The notes under the pieces: model-generated
What the model was told of the DNA's origin: nothing
The model's database searches: none
The model's input: the letters and a program-made list of their open reading frames with translations, nothing else
Shown here: positions 28,021 through 38,446 of the stretch, piece by piece
How the letters are laid out: each line of letters starts with the position of its first letter
How positions within the stretch are numbered: position 1 is the first letter of the stretch
Translations under genes and position numbers: made by a program
Source: Candidatus Cloacimonadales bacterium
GTDB lineage: Bacteria > Cloacimonadota > Cloacimonadia > Cloacimonadales > JAIOQZ01
Reading direction: 5' to 3'
DNA: 64,000 nt
NCBI GenBank assembly: GCA_963662655.2
Contig: CAXXTU010000002.1
Location: 640,001 to 704,000 of the forward strand

Positions 28021-30438
28021 ATGAAAAGAATGATCTATTTCCTTATACTGATTAATATGTTCTCGCTTCTGGCGGCTGTCACTACACTCAAGCACACCCC
28101 GCCGATCTCGTTATCCCCGGGAAGCGAACAGATCATCAATCTTGAAGTTATCGACGGTATCGACGACGTTGATGAAGTGAATCTTTACTACCGCCAGTTC
28201 GGTTCGCAGTCATACATCAGCATGCTCATGACCCGCGACACCGGTGTTCAGCCCATGTTTACGGCTCAAATACCGGATGTTATCGAGCAGGGTATCGAGT
28301 ATTACTTCGAAGTGACGCTGCTCAATGGCTCGATCCAGACCTTGCCGGCTTCACAACCGGAGATCAATCCTTACAGGCTTCAAGCTTCGGCTGCTGAGGC
28401 CCCATCGGATGATTTCATCCTGCTTTCTCCCGTTTCCTCAACCGTTCCGGAAAACGCGGATTTAATCATCGCCATCTCGTATTTCGCCATGGCAGGAAAC
28501 ATCGATACGGATAAAATCCAGGTGTTCTTCGACGGTTTCGATAAGACCAACCAAGCTACGATCACCGGTAACATGCTTACGCTGCGCATGGAAAAAGTAC
28601 CGTCCGGCAATCACAGCTTCCAGATCAAAGCCGAGACAATGAGCGGTAAACCGGTCGTCTCCCGCACATGGCAGACAAAGGTCAGCGGTAGCGAACCGTA
28701 CGAGCTGCCCATGGATTTGACCGGCAGTGTCCGTTTCTACGGCAAATACAACAGTACTGATCGCGACGGCGACACCGACGAAGATCGTCGCGGCGATTGG
28801 GACATCAACGTGAAGACACAGCAGAAGTACTTCAACATGTACACGAAGCTGTTCCTCTCCTCTGACGAAGACAAGGATCGTCAACCGTTGAACCGCTACA
28901 CCTTCGGCATCAAGATACCTCACCTTGAACTCGTTCTCGGTGACGATTCTCCGTACTTCGATACCTTCACCCTGAACAACAAGAACGTTCGCGGTATCCA
29001 CGGAGACCTGAACGGAGCCGGAATGCGCCTGATGGTCATCTATGGTGAATCCAAGCGTGGAATCGACGGCAAATATACTGTGACCAGCGACTCGACTCAC
29101 ACGATCGACAAGCACGGGACCTTCAAGCGAAACACATTCGGTTTCAGAACGGAAGCCGGTTCTCGTAATGCGCTCCTTTGGGGCTTGAGTGTCGTCAAGA
29201 ACAAGGACGAACGCTTCTCGCTCGATGAGGAACTGGTTTTGGACGATAACGGCAATCACGTGAACACGCCGAAAGACAACCTGGTTATCGGAACCGATTT
29301 CCAGCTTGCTACATTTCGCAGGGCCTTTGTTCTCGGCGGTGAAATCGCGATGAGTCTTTACAACCACGATACCTATGACGGTGCGATGTCCAAGGACTCG
29401 CTCAGCGCGTACATCTACGGTAAAGAATCCGACGATGAAATCATGTTCGACCCCGAGTCGATTGACGACCTGATCATCATCAACAAGAACATGGAGCCGA
29501 TCGTTCCGGGTCAATCGAACCTGGCGTTCAGGCTGTATGCCCAGTTGAATATGTACCGGAACTTCCTTTCGGTATCTTACTCGGAGATCGGCGCAAGCTT
29601 TAATTCGCTTTCCGCGAACTACTTGCAGAACGATACTTCCGTGCTCTCACTAACCGACAACGTCTCCTTCTGGGAGAATCAGGTGCAGCTCGCACTGGGC
29701 TTGAACTGGCAGGAGGACAACCTCTCCGACCAGAAAGAGAACACCAGCGCTACCACCAACTGGTTTACCCAACTGACGGTCGGTCCGCGCGGATTACCGG
29801 CTTTGCGCCTGGGTTACAGCATGTCGAACTCGGCAAACGATTCCGACACGCTTACTTCAAAGCTCGATCAGACCGTTACGCAGATCAGCACAGGTCTGTC
29901 GTATGACGCGATCAGCCTCCTCGCCGTACCAACGCTGTTCTCCGTGAACTACAACCTCAGTAATGGCGAAAGCGACATGTACAACAACTTCGAGGACGAC
30001 ATGAACACGATATCGCTCTCGGCGGTGTCTCGTTTCCGCGATCTTCCGGTTCGTACGGTTCTCCAGTTCAGTACTTCCAGCAAGGACTTCAAGCAGGAGT
30101 ATCACACCGGAACCAGCGCTGACACCCTGAGCATCAACAAATCGAATGTCTCATATAATACGATCTATGCAAAAATGGATTGGCGGTTCGTCGACGAGAG
30201 ACTCAAGCCGTTCATGAGCGTTAGCTGGACAACCGTTTCCGGCGACGAAGAGAACGACGGCACGAAGGCCGATGTGTCTCAGAATGTTCTGAATACCAAT
30301 ATCGGTACCTCCTACGAGGTGATCAATGATCTCGATACCATGCTCAGCTTCGGTATTCGCGATTTCTCGGACGGAGAAACCTCCGCCAATGATTATTCCC
30401 GCTACGATGTAAAATTCAAGGCGAGCTATCGATTCTAA
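28021..30438 (+). CDS. Outer-membrane beta-barrel protein with N-terminal periplasmic Ig-like domains
   Basis: Signal peptide, IEYYFEV Ig-like motif, alternating beta strands, C-terminal FKASYRF. Confidence 0.6.
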   Translation: MKRMIYFLILINMFSLLAAVTTLKHTPPISLSPGSEQIINLEVIDGIDDVDEVNLYYRQFGSQSYISMLMTRDTGVQPMFTAQIPDVIEQGIEYYFEVTLLNGSIQTLPASQPEINPYRLQASAAEAPSDDFILLSPVSSTVPENADLIIAISYFAMAGNIDTDKIQVFFDGFDKTNQATITGNMLTLRMEKVPSGNHSFQIKAETMSGKPVVSRTWQTKVSGSEPYELPMDLTGSVRFYGKYNSTDRDGDTDEDRRGDWDINVKTQQKYFNMYTKLFLSSDEDKDRQPLNRYTFGIKIPHLELVLGDDSPYFDTFTLNNKNVRGIHGDLNGAGMRLMVIYGESKRGIDGKYTVTSDSTHTIDKHGTFKRNTFGFRTEAGSRNALLWGLSVVKNKDERFSLDEELVLDDNGNHVNTPKDNLVIGTDFQLATFRRAFVLGGEIAMSLYNHDTYDGAMSKDSLSAYIYGKESDDEIMFDPESIDDLIIINKNMEPIVPGQSNLAFRLYAQLNMYRNFLSVSYSEIGASFNSLSANYLQNDTSVLSLTDNVSFWENQVQLALGLNWQEDNLSDQKENTSATTNWFTQLTVGPRGLPALRLGYSMSNSANDSDTLTSKLDQTVTQISTGLSYDAISLLAVPTLFSVNYNLSNGESDMYNNFEDDMNTISLSAVSRFRDLPVRTVLQFSTSSKDFKQEYHTGTSADTLSINKSNVSYNTIYAKMDWRFVDERLKPFMSVSWTTVSGDEENDGTKADVSQNVLNTNIGTSYEVINDLDTMLSFGIRDFSDGETSANDYSRYDVKFKASYRF

Positions 30439-30450
30439 GTTAAACGACAT

Positions 30451-30480
30451 CTGGCGGTGAGAAATCACCGCCAGTTTTTT
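30451..30480 (+). terminator. Intrinsic terminator
   Basis: CTGGCGGTGA-GAAA-TCACCGCCAG followed by T6. Confidence 0.85.
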
Positions 30481-30497
30481 CATACACTGGAAAGCCC

Positions 30498-32390
30498 ATG
30501 ATTATTAGAACAATCACCCAAAACATAAGGTTCTTCCTGCTGCTTCTTGTCATCTTCATCGGTTTACAAGTATTTTTCCTCACGGACTTCTGGGTCCACT
30601 TCGATTACAAAATTTACGATACCTTCACGCAGATGCGCGGCACGGAAGAGATATCCAACGATGTCCTCATCGTCAATATCGATCAGGACACATTCGATTC
30701 CATCGAAACCTGTTCCTGGCCTTACCCTCGAACGCTCTACGCGAAGCTGATCGACAACATCTTCCAGGCGGGGGCGAAACTTCTCATCATCGATATCGAG
30801 TTCACCGAGCCGAGAGACGCGGTTGAGGACAGCCTTTTGGCGGCGACGTGCGCGAAGTATCGCGATCGAATCGTACTCGCCGGCTCCGTCATTCGCGAGC
30901 AGCATGCCGGATACATCCACGAGCGCGTTGTGCCGCCGATCAAACCGCTGCAGGACGCGGGAATTCCCTGGGGCGTGGTGAACATCCACACCGATGCCGA
31001 CGGATTCGTCCGGCATTATTCGCTGTTCCAGAAGTATCGTGAGCAGAACTACTATTCGCTCGGCGTGCTCGGGCTGGCGTTGCTGAACAACGGACACGAT
31101 CGGATGCTCACCAACATCACCGACGGTAATCCCTTCAAGATCGAGGGAGAAGACGAGTTCGTAATCCCGAAATTTGGAACGAACACGGCCATGATACACT
31201 TTTACGGCCCTACGAGCACCTTCCCGTGGGTTCCCCTGTACCAGGTTGTGGATGATATCACGTTTGATATATCCGATTTCGATCTGGATTCGTACGAGAA
31301 TCACATTATCGCAGACAGCGTTCTTCAGGACAAGATCGTACTCCTCGGCACCACGCTCAAGGAGCACCACGACTACTTCAGCACGCCTTTTTACTCGGGC
31401 CTGACCCCGGGAGTGGAAATCCACGCGAACTTCGTGGAGATGTGTCTGGATCACGAAACCATCAAACGTTTTCCATTCATCTGGTGGCTGGCGATTCAGT
31501 TTGCGCTGTTCGTGATTCTCAGCTACATATTCATACGGATTTCCCCCAGCATATCCTTGATTCTATCTATCGTGCTGATTGTCCTGTGCATGGGTGGAAC
31601 GTATCTGCTGCTGACGAAATTGAACACATTCGCACCGAACCTGGAATTGCCGGTTCTGGTGCTGCTTCTCTACTTTATCAGTCTACTGCGACACTATATC
31701 AGGACCTCGCGAGAGAAAAAGCAGATTAGAAACGCGTTCCGGCAGTACATGGCGCCAGATCTGGTCAACGAGCTACTCAAGCATCCCGAGAAGCTCAAAT
31801 ACGGTGGGGAAGAGAAGGTCATCTCCGTTCTCTTCTCCGATATCCGCTCGTTCACGACCTACACAGAGAGCCACGAGGCGCGCGAAACGGTGATGATGCT
31901 GCGCGAATACCTGACGGCGATGGTGGATGTGATCATTCGCCACAAAGGAACACTGGACAAATTTGTCGGGGACGAGATTATGGCTCTGTTCGGGGTACCG
32001 GTGGAGCTGGAGAACCATGCGCTGACAGCATGCCGTGTCGCGCTCGAGATGCGGGTCGTGCTGGATAAGCTGCAAGACAAATGGCGACAGGAAGGCAAGC
32101 AGATATTCGAGATCGGTATCGGCGTGAACAGTGGCCCTGCGACGGTTGGAAACCTGGGTTCGGAGCAGATATTCGATTACACCGCGATTGGCGACAACAT
32201 CAATCTCGGTGCGCGCCTGGAAGCCCTGAACAAGGAATACGACGCCGAACACAAGATTATTTTGAGCGAAAGGACCCTCGCGCTTGTCAAAGATGACGTC
32301 GATGTGCGTTACCTTGGTGAGGTGAAGGTTAAAGGTAAAGAGGAAGCGGTGAAGATTTATTCGCTGATTGGCCTGAAGGAATCGAGCTAG
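30498..32390 (+). CDS. CHASE2-sensor class III adenylate cyclase
   Basis: CHASE2 (WPYPR, DADGFVR, PGVEIHA), three TM helices, FSDIRSFT, DKFVGDEIMA, DYTAIGDNINLGARLE. Confidence 0.93.
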   Translation: MIIRTITQNIRFFLLLLVIFIGLQVFFLTDFWVHFDYKIYDTFTQMRGTEEISNDVLIVNIDQDTFDSIETCSWPYPRTLYAKLIDNIFQAGAKLLIIDIEFTEPRDAVEDSLLAATCAKYRDRIVLAGSVIREQHAGYIHERVVPPIKPLQDAGIPWGVVNIHTDADGFVRHYSLFQKYREQNYYSLGVLGLALLNNGHDRMLTNITDGNPFKIEGEDEFVIPKFGTNTAMIHFYGPTSTFPWVPLYQVVDDITFDISDFDLDSYENHIIADSVLQDKIVLLGTTLKEHHDYFSTPFYSGLTPGVEIHANFVEMCLDHETIKRFPFIWWLAIQFALFVILSYIFIRISPSISLILSIVLIVLCMGGTYLLLTKLNTFAPNLELPVLVLLLYFISLLRHYIRTSREKKQIRNAFRQYMAPDLVNELLKHPEKLKYGGEEKVISVLFSDIRSFTTYTESHEARETVMMLREYLTAMVDVIIRHKGTLDKFVGDEIMALFGVPVELENHALTACRVALEMRVVLDKLQDKWRQEGKQIFEIGIGVNSGPATVGNLGSEQIFDYTAIGDNINLGARLEALNKEYDAEHKIILSERTLALVKDDVDVRYLGEVKVKGKEEAVKIYSLIGLKESS

Positions 32391-32402
32391 ACTGGAGATG
32401 GA

Positions 32403-32876
32403 ATGTACGATAAAATCAAGAAACTGCATGAATTGAAATCATTGTTGGAACTGCACGATGGGAAAAGGGTGGTCTTCACGAACGGGTGTTTCGACATCAT
32501 CCATATCGGGCATGTCGTGTATTTGAGCGAGGCGAAGTCGTTGGGCGACATCCTTGTGGTGGGTCTGAACAGCGATGCTTCGGTGAAGCGATTAAAGGGT
32601 GAGGAGCGTCCCGTGAACAACGAGCGTGACCGCGCAACGGTGCTTTCCGCGCTGCAATCCGTGGATTATGTGACGATCTTCGACGAAGATACGCCCTACG
32701 AGCTTATCAGCGAGCTGATCCCCGATATTCTGGTTAAGGGCGGTGACTGGGGAATCGACCAGATCGTGGGCGCGGATGTCGTCATGAAGAACGGCGGGAC
32801 GGTTAAAAGCCTGCGATTCGTGCAGGGGAAATCCACTACGGATATCATCAACCGCATCAAGGATAAGGGTGAGTAG
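32403..32876 (+). CDS. hldC: D-glycero-beta-D-manno-heptose 1-phosphate adenylyltransferase (RfaE2/HldC)
   Basis: [28 protein letters not shown]. Confidence 0.93.
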   Translation: MYDKIKKLHELKSLLELHDGKRVVFTNGCFDIIHIGHVVYLSEAKSLGDILVVGLNSDASVKRLKGEERPVNNERDRATVLSALQSVDYVTIFDEDTPYELISELIPDILVKGGDWGIDQIVGADVVMKNGGTVKSLRFVQGKSTTDIINRIKDKGE

Positions 32877-32878
32877 AC

Positions 32879-33304
32879 ATGCAAATGGACGATGGAATTG
32901 AAAAAGGGATTGTGAAGAGCTGCGAGAACGGTTTCGCGACGATTATTGTGGGCAGAACGGGCTCCTGCGACAGTTGCATGATCAATGGGTTGTGCATGGG
33001 CAAGAACAAGACAATCGAGCACAAGATCAAGACGGACTTGCCTCTCAAGGCCGGCGATTGCGTCCATCTGGAGATCGCCCCGGCGTCGAGGATCATGTCG
33101 TCGTTCGTCGTGTTCATCTTCCCGATTCTGATGATGATGGTTTTCTTTGCGATCTCGCGATACGCGTTTCACCTTGCGGAGGCGATGAGTATTATCATCT
33201 CTCTGGTCGGGCTCATCCTGAGCGGTGTTGTCATATACTGGTTCGATAAAAAGATGGGCGACAAGATCAGGGTGGAAATTATCGAGAAGCTGGAGGAAGC
33301 ATGA
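32879..33304 (+). CDS. rseC: RseC/MucC-family protein (SoxR reducing system)
   Basis: SCDSC...C cluster followed by two TM helices. Confidence 0.75.
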   Translation: MQMDDGIEKGIVKSCENGFATIIVGRTGSCDSCMINGLCMGKNKTIEHKIKTDLPLKAGDCVHLEIAPASRIMSSFVVFIFPILMMMVFFAISRYAFHLAEAMSIIISLVGLILSGVVIYWFDKKMGDKIRVEIIEKLEEA

Positions 33305-33657
33305 AGGTACATCTCAACAATATGATTTTCTACGGTTACCACGGCGTGCATCCCGAAGAACGCAAGCTGGGGCAGCGATTCATCGTTACGCTCACGTTCG
33401 AGACGGATCCCGAGCTCGATACCAGTATCCAAACGCTGGAGCAGACGGTGGATTATACCCGGGTGTTCGACGATGTGAAGCATATCATGGAGACGCATCA
33501 GTTTTACATTCTCGAGAAGTGTGCGAATGAAATCCTCGATGTAATTTTGACGAACTATCCCAAGATCGTCAAGGCGAACATCAGCATCCGCAAGCCTTTT
33601 GTTGCGATCAACGCTTCGCTGGATGGCGTGGAAGTCGAGATGGAGCGGGAGAGGTAA
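33301..33657 (+). CDS. folB: Dihydroneopterin aldolase
   Basis: FYGYHGVHPEERKLGQRF, TVDY. Confidence 0.95.
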   Translation: MKVHLNNMIFYGYHGVHPEERKLGQRFIVTLTFETDPELDTSIQTLEQTVDYTRVFDDVKHIMETHQFYILEKCANEILDVILTNYPKIVKANISIRKPFVAINASLDGVEVEMERER

Positions 33658-33668
33658 CGCGTACGAAG

Positions 33669-34124
33669 ATGATAGCCTACCTGTCGCTCGGATCGAATCT
33701 GGGAGATCGTGAAGAGACTATTTTGCATGCGATCCGGCAGCTTTGCGAGATACCGGATGTCGCACTTGTCGGGCAAAGCAGCATCGTCGAGACAGAACCC
33801 TGGGGCTATACGAAACAGCCGCAGTTCTTGAATTGCGCTGTTTCAATCGAGACAACGCTTTTGCCCGGCGAACTCCTGAAAGCCTGCCAGCAAATCGAGA
33901 ACATCATTGGCCGCAAAAGGGAAATCCACTGGGGGCCGCGAGCCATCGACATCGATATCGTGTTCTACGGCGACAGGATCATTCAGGAGGAAGCGCTGAT
34001 CATTCCACATCCTCACGCGCACGAAAGACGGTTTGTTCTCGATCCGATCGCCGAGATCGCCCCGGATTTCGTTCATCCGCTCCTGAAGCTTACGATTGCC
34101 GAAATGATTCGGCGACTCGGTTAG
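33669..34124 (+). CDS. folK: 2-amino-4-hydroxy-6-hydroxymethyldihydropteridine diphosphokinase
   Basis: YLSLGSNLG, WGPRAIDIDI, IPHP, RRFVL. Confidence 0.96.
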   Translation: MIAYLSLGSNLGDREETILHAIRQLCEIPDVALVGQSSIVETEPWGYTKQPQFLNCAVSIETTLLPGELLKACQQIENIIGRKREIHWGPRAIDIDIVFYGDRIIQEEALIIPHPHAHERRFVLDPIAEIAPDFVHPLLKLTIAEMIRRLG

Positions 34125-34138
34125 CTTCAGCTTACTCT

Positions 34139-35011
34139 TTATTGCAAAACTGCACGATACTTTTCCACCATTCGCATCGGCTTGTACGATTGCTTTGCCT
34201 TGCGCAGGCCTTCGATACCTAAATCGCACTCCCGATTCACGTAGGTGTACTGGCTCCACTCGTTCTTCAGGAATTGCTGATTGATGAACTGGTACAATCC
34301 ACGGAAGTCGTCATTGGCCTTTTCTATGTGGATTACCACCATGTCGTCCGTGATGGGTTCGCCAAAGGTAAATGCCTCGATTTTACCGTTCACCTCGATG
34401 TACGCGCCCACGTAATGGAGCTTCTCGAATTGCTCGAGCGATCTGATGATGCCGATCTTCTCGCGATGCAGGTCAGCAAAGTGTTCGCAGTTGCGCCGGT
34501 TGCACCACTCCAGTTGAGAGTGGATGACTTTCTGCGTTGTCTCTGGCGTAAGGCGATGGTACTCGAACTGGTAGTCGCGCTCGAATCCGAGGATGAAATT
34601 ACGCTTGTTTCGGTACTTCCGACCGGGGAGATCTATCAGTTCCTGCACCGAGAAGATGTAGTCGTCGCGATCTTCCGTATGCGTGAACTGGAATGCGCCG
34701 GGCATCGCCTCTTCCAGCCTGTTCTTCATCGATTCATCAAGGCACCGCAAAACCAGCGGCTCTGGGCCGTGCTCTTCCTTCAGTTTATGGATTAACTGCG
34801 TCAGGTCGCCGCTTCCGATCGGGAAGAAGTAGTCATGTGCCTTGAGTCCCTGGCGAATGACCAGGAAGCCGTCCATTTCCCTGTAACGCATGTCCTGACC
34901 CACCTGCCAGATGTACAGGTTGGTAAAATTCAATTCCGACGTTTCCGTTTCCAGCTCCGTAAGGTAGCTGTTGATAATCTCTTTATCTTCTATCTCTATG
35001 GGTTTCCACAT
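34139..35011 (-). CDS. DUF2156 / aminoacyl-phosphatidylglycerol synthase C-terminal-like protein
   Basis: SELNFTNLYIW, LPGRKY, IHIEKAN, VNRECDLGIEGLRKAKQSY. Confidence 0.85.
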   Translation of the reverse strand: MWKPIEIEDKEIINSYLTELETETSELNFTNLYIWQVGQDMRYREMDGFLVIRQGLKAHDYFFPIGSGDLTQLIHKLKEEHGPEPLVLRCLDESMKNRLEEAMPGAFQFTHTEDRDDYIFSVQELIDLPGRKYRNKRNFILGFERDYQFEYHRLTPETTQKVIHSQLEWCNRRNCEHFADLHREKIGIIRSLEQFEKLHYVGAYIEVNGKIEAFTFGEPITDDMVVIHIEKANDDFRGLYQFINQQFLKNEWSQYTYVNRECDLGIEGLRKAKQSYKPMRMVEKYRAVLQ

Positions 35012-35144
35012 TTTCTGTCTCCATCTCTGTATCGGGATGTAGTTTTCTGGAATTATTTCATGATGTCAAACAATATCTTCAACGAATGTCGTTTATTCAT
35101 CGATAGGGAATAAGCACCGACGTGAATCGTGAGCTGACGACCCG

Positions 35145-35322
35145 GCGGGACGGCGCTGTCGCTTCGCGACGGAACATTTCCTATGTTGTTTTCTATAACG
35201 AACAACATAGGAAATGTTCCAGGAAACCCTCGAACAAGTCCCCGCGACATGCGTCAGTTGGCGGTTGTTATCGGCGTATGGTGCATGTCGCGGGGACGTT
35301 CGGGTTTCCAGCGCCGTCCCGC
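35145..35322. repeat. Multi-hairpin palindromic element (four-way junction), same architecture as 8892-9055
   Basis: Outer stem 35145-35157/35310-35322; GTCGC-TTC-GCGAC hairpin 35158-35170; perfect 20-bp hairpin 35171-35220; long hairpin 35222-35309. Confidence 0.85.
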
Positions 35323-35336
35323 GGACTGGTCTGGCG

Positions 35337-35367
35337 AAAAAAAGCGGCAGACGTATCGACTGCCGCT
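35337..35367 (-). terminator. Intrinsic terminator of the C10 peptidase gene
   Basis: AGCGGCAG/CTGCCGCT stem followed by T7 on the minus strand. Confidence 0.8.
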
Positions 35368-35386
35368 CTCTGATGGTGCAAAGACT

Positions 35387-38371
35387 TTATTTGATGAGCA
35401 TCATTTTCCGGGTGGTGCTTTGCGAACCAGCGTCGAGGCGATACAAGTATATGCCAGAGCCTACCTTCCTGCCGTTTCGGTCTTCGCCGTCCCAAACAAT
35501 CTTGTGCACACCTGATTGGTATCCGGTAAAGTCACGAATCAGTTCGCCCTTCAGATTGAAGATTCTAACTTTCGCCGTATCGTTCTCCTTAACGGTGAAC
35601 AAGATGGTTGTCGACGGATTGAATGGGTTCGGGTAGGCTGCTTCGAGCTTGTTTACCAGCACAACCTCCGGCGTTTCCTCGTCCGATTCCGAATACTGCA
35701 CCGTAACGGAAACCGGACCATATAGCTTACTCGATCCGTCCAGATTCACGCCTTGAAGCCAGTAATGAAAGGTCGCATCGGACGTGACATCAGTATCGAG
35801 ATAGTTGTAATCCGCTCCGTCCGGCTCGTTCTGAGAGGGAATCATCTGTAGATTGACCTGAAGAGACTCATCCAGCACGTCGGTGACGGATCGCAAGACG
35901 TTGTATCCTGCCATTTCCGATTCAGATTGCGTGATCCACTCGAGCTTCACGGCTTCTTCAGAGGTTACGATCGCTGAAAACGATGATAGCTCCACAGGCA
36001 ATGTGTGATTCGCACCACCACTCATGGTGAACTCGCTGAAAGAAGTCGTGTTTGCGTAGAGGTAATCGTCCAGATCGCCGTTGATGTCGTTGTTGTCATG
36101 ATAGAACAGATTCCCGAGCAGCGTGAAATCCCCACTCAGATAGTCGCTACGATGCCACAGTTGAATCCCGGTATCCGTATCGTTGTCCATGGTGAGGAAG
36201 AGGGATGTGTCGATTCCGCCGGAAGAGATTTGATTGAGCTGATCGACGTTGAACTGCAATTGCCCGTTCAAGAAGGTGAATCCCGTGTTGTTCGTGATCA
36301 CAAAAGAAAAATCTGCCGGATTGGGCGCAGAAAGGAACGCGATTCCAGGTTCCTGTGGAGCTTCTTCAATAACGTCGATTGTGACATCGTTGGTAATAGC
36401 CCCGGCAACTCCCGTGAAATTGATATCCAGCCCGGTTGTCGGGAAGGGCACGATTCCGTCTGCGGCTGTCTGCGTACTTGTTCCTGTGGGTGGATAAACG
36501 TCCGTAATGAAATCAACGACAGGCCCGAAGCCGAAAAGACCGCTGCTGTTGACCGCGTAAGCACATGCATTGTAACGCAAGCCCGGCGCAAGACCGGTCA
36601 GGATTATAGAGAATGATCCCACATCCGTACCGGTAGCCGGCACGAACAATCCGGAAGAAGGCACATTATTGTAAGGTGCGTAGCAAATACCGCGCTGAAT
36701 GAGGCTTGCTCCGCCATTGTCGGTGACGGTTCCACCCAGAGTGGCGCGATGATGAAGGATTGCAGTTGCCGGATCCGTTGCTGAAACCGTAGGATTTGTG
36801 ATAGGCGAGGACTCGATCTGCAAATCCTCCAGGAAGATGTAGTAGTAAGTGGCATCGTCGGTTCCCGTTGTCTTGAATCCCAGATAGATCGATTGCCCGG
36901 CATAGTTGGATAGGTCGAAGCTCGACTGAGACCAGCTCGTTCCCACACCGATGGTTCCAAGTTGCGTGTTGAAATCCGTAGTGTAGTTGTTGCCGGTTGT
37001 GGAGATGTAGACGTTGAATCCCTGGTTGAAGGAGTTGAGCCTGTTCGTCCAAAGCGTGAATGTGTCCTGCGTGTTTGATGGCAGCGTGATCTGCGGAGAT
37101 ATCAGCCAGACATTGGGGTGCTTCGCGCCGAGATAATGCACTCCCGTATGAGGGTTCGAGTAATAATACAGCCAGTCATCGGTGGAGTCTCCGTTGTAAT
37201 CGAGATTCCATCCAGCAACATCGAAGCCGTCCCACGAAGTGAACAGAGGGTAGGTGTTGGTCGATGTACTTGGCTTGATGCCTATAATAATGTTGTTGCT
37301 TGAAGAATAATTATGCGTCCCGGGATTCAAGCTCCCAATGGCAAAATAGCCATTATAAGCCCCACCCCAACCCCAGTTGAAGTGGAAATAATCACTGTCG
37401 TTGTATCCGTCGCACACGAACGCGTGTCCGCCGGTTCCCGATCCGGCATAGAGCACGGGGCGACCCGCGTTGTGCTCAGCCTTGAGCATGTTCTTCCACG
37501 AGGTCAGATCGCTGTATTCATGGTAGGTCAGGCCGTTATCGTAGTTGAAGAACATGACCAGCGCTTTGAGCGCGCTTCCCATCTGTGCGCCGGATCCGGT
37601 AGGACCGAAATTCATATCGACCGATACCGCGCAGTCGTAGATCAAGCCTTGAACCGCGTTTTTCTGAGTGGTAGTCGATCCGCTGGTTACTGCGGTGGGC
37701 ATGTTGAGCCAGCTATAGGTTGTCGAACCGAAATTCGCGGATTCGGTACCGTATGCTGAAGTGTAGGAGTGCGAACCGTAACCGACCGCGGGATGTGAGT
37801 GGTAACGCATGACTTGCGCCATCGCTGTCGCGACACAACCTGCCCATACATTATTGTTACTCGCTGTGGACGTAATATCGTAGGGGCATTGCTCGTTGTA
37901 GTACTGTCCCTGGTTCCATGTGGTTGTGACGAGCGCGTTCACGCCCCTCGAGAGCGGATAATGCGAGAACTGACTGCTCTCGATATCCTGCCATAGGGGA
38001 AGAGTGCCTTCGTTGGTGAGTTTTTCGTTCATGAACTGGTCGATCTGCCGGTGATAGTCTTCAAACCATTCCTGAACTGCCGGATGCGTGATATCGCTCA
38101 CGGCGACGTTGGTCTCCGAATACCCCAGAACTGGAATCACACTGTCGTCGGCGGGAATGATAACGAATCCCCCCTCGGAAAAACTAACGATGTAAAGACT
38201 AGTGTGACCTTGATAGTCAAGCGTTGTAACGTCGGATGCGGTAGCTCTGGCGCCTTTGACGTGTGTAAGCCAGTTTGATGCGATTACCTGTGCTCGCTCC
38301 ATCGATACGGATGCAGCGAACACCTGGGTAATCAAAAGGAGAAGGAGAAAAAACCAAGCGCAGCGTTTCAT
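35387..38371 (-). CDS. C10 family (streptopain/SpeB-like) cysteine peptidase with Spi-like prodomain, adhesin-like domain and FlgD/T9SS C-terminal domain
   Basis: WNQG, AGCVATAMAQ, GHAFVCDG, HFNWGWGG; LPVELSSF; AYPNPFNP...IFNLKGELI...WDG. Confidence 0.92.
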   Translation of the reverse strand: MKRCAWFFLLLLLITQVFAASVSMERAQVIASNWLTHVKGARATASDVTTLDYQGHTSLYIVSFSEGGFVIIPADDSVIPVLGYSETNVAVSDITHPAVQEWFEDYHRQIDQFMNEKLTNEGTLPLWQDIESSQFSHYPLSRGVNALVTTTWNQGQYYNEQCPYDITSTASNNNVWAGCVATAMAQVMRYHSHPAVGYGSHSYTSAYGTESANFGSTTYSWLNMPTAVTSGSTTTQKNAVQGLIYDCAVSVDMNFGPTGSGAQMGSALKALVMFFNYDNGLTYHEYSDLTSWKNMLKAEHNAGRPVLYAGSGTGGHAFVCDGYNDSDYFHFNWGWGGAYNGYFAIGSLNPGTHNYSSSNNIIIGIKPSTSTNTYPLFTSWDGFDVAGWNLDYNGDSTDDWLYYYSNPHTGVHYLGAKHPNVWLISPQITLPSNTQDTFTLWTNRLNSFNQGFNVYISTTGNNYTTDFNTQLGTIGVGTSWSQSSFDLSNYAGQSIYLGFKTTGTDDATYYYIFLEDLQIESSPITNPTVSATDPATAILHHRATLGGTVTDNGGASLIQRGICYAPYNNVPSSGLFVPATGTDVGSFSIILTGLAPGLRYNACAYAVNSSGLFGFGPVVDFITDVYPPTGTSTQTAADGIVPFPTTGLDINFTGVAGAITNDVTIDVIEEAPQEPGIAFLSAPNPADFSFVITNNTGFTFLNGQLQFNVDQLNQISSGGIDTSLFLTMDNDTDTGIQLWHRSDYLSGDFTLLGNLFYHDNNDINGDLDDYLYANTTSFSEFTMSGGANHTLPVELSSFSAIVTSEEAVKLEWITQSESEMAGYNVLRSVTDVLDESLQVNLQMIPSQNEPDGADYNYLDTDVTSDATFHYWLQGVNLDGSSKLYGPVSVTVQYSESDEETPEVVLVNKLEAAYPNPFNPSTTILFTVKENDTAKVRIFNLKGELIRDFTGYQSGVHKIVWDGEDRNGRKVGSGIYLYRLDAGSQSTTRKMMLIK

Positions 38372-38446
38372 AATCATCCTCTCTTTCTTAATGATGTATT
38401 ACGAAACAATGATAGCGCAAGAAATGCGATCTGTAAAGTTTTTCCT

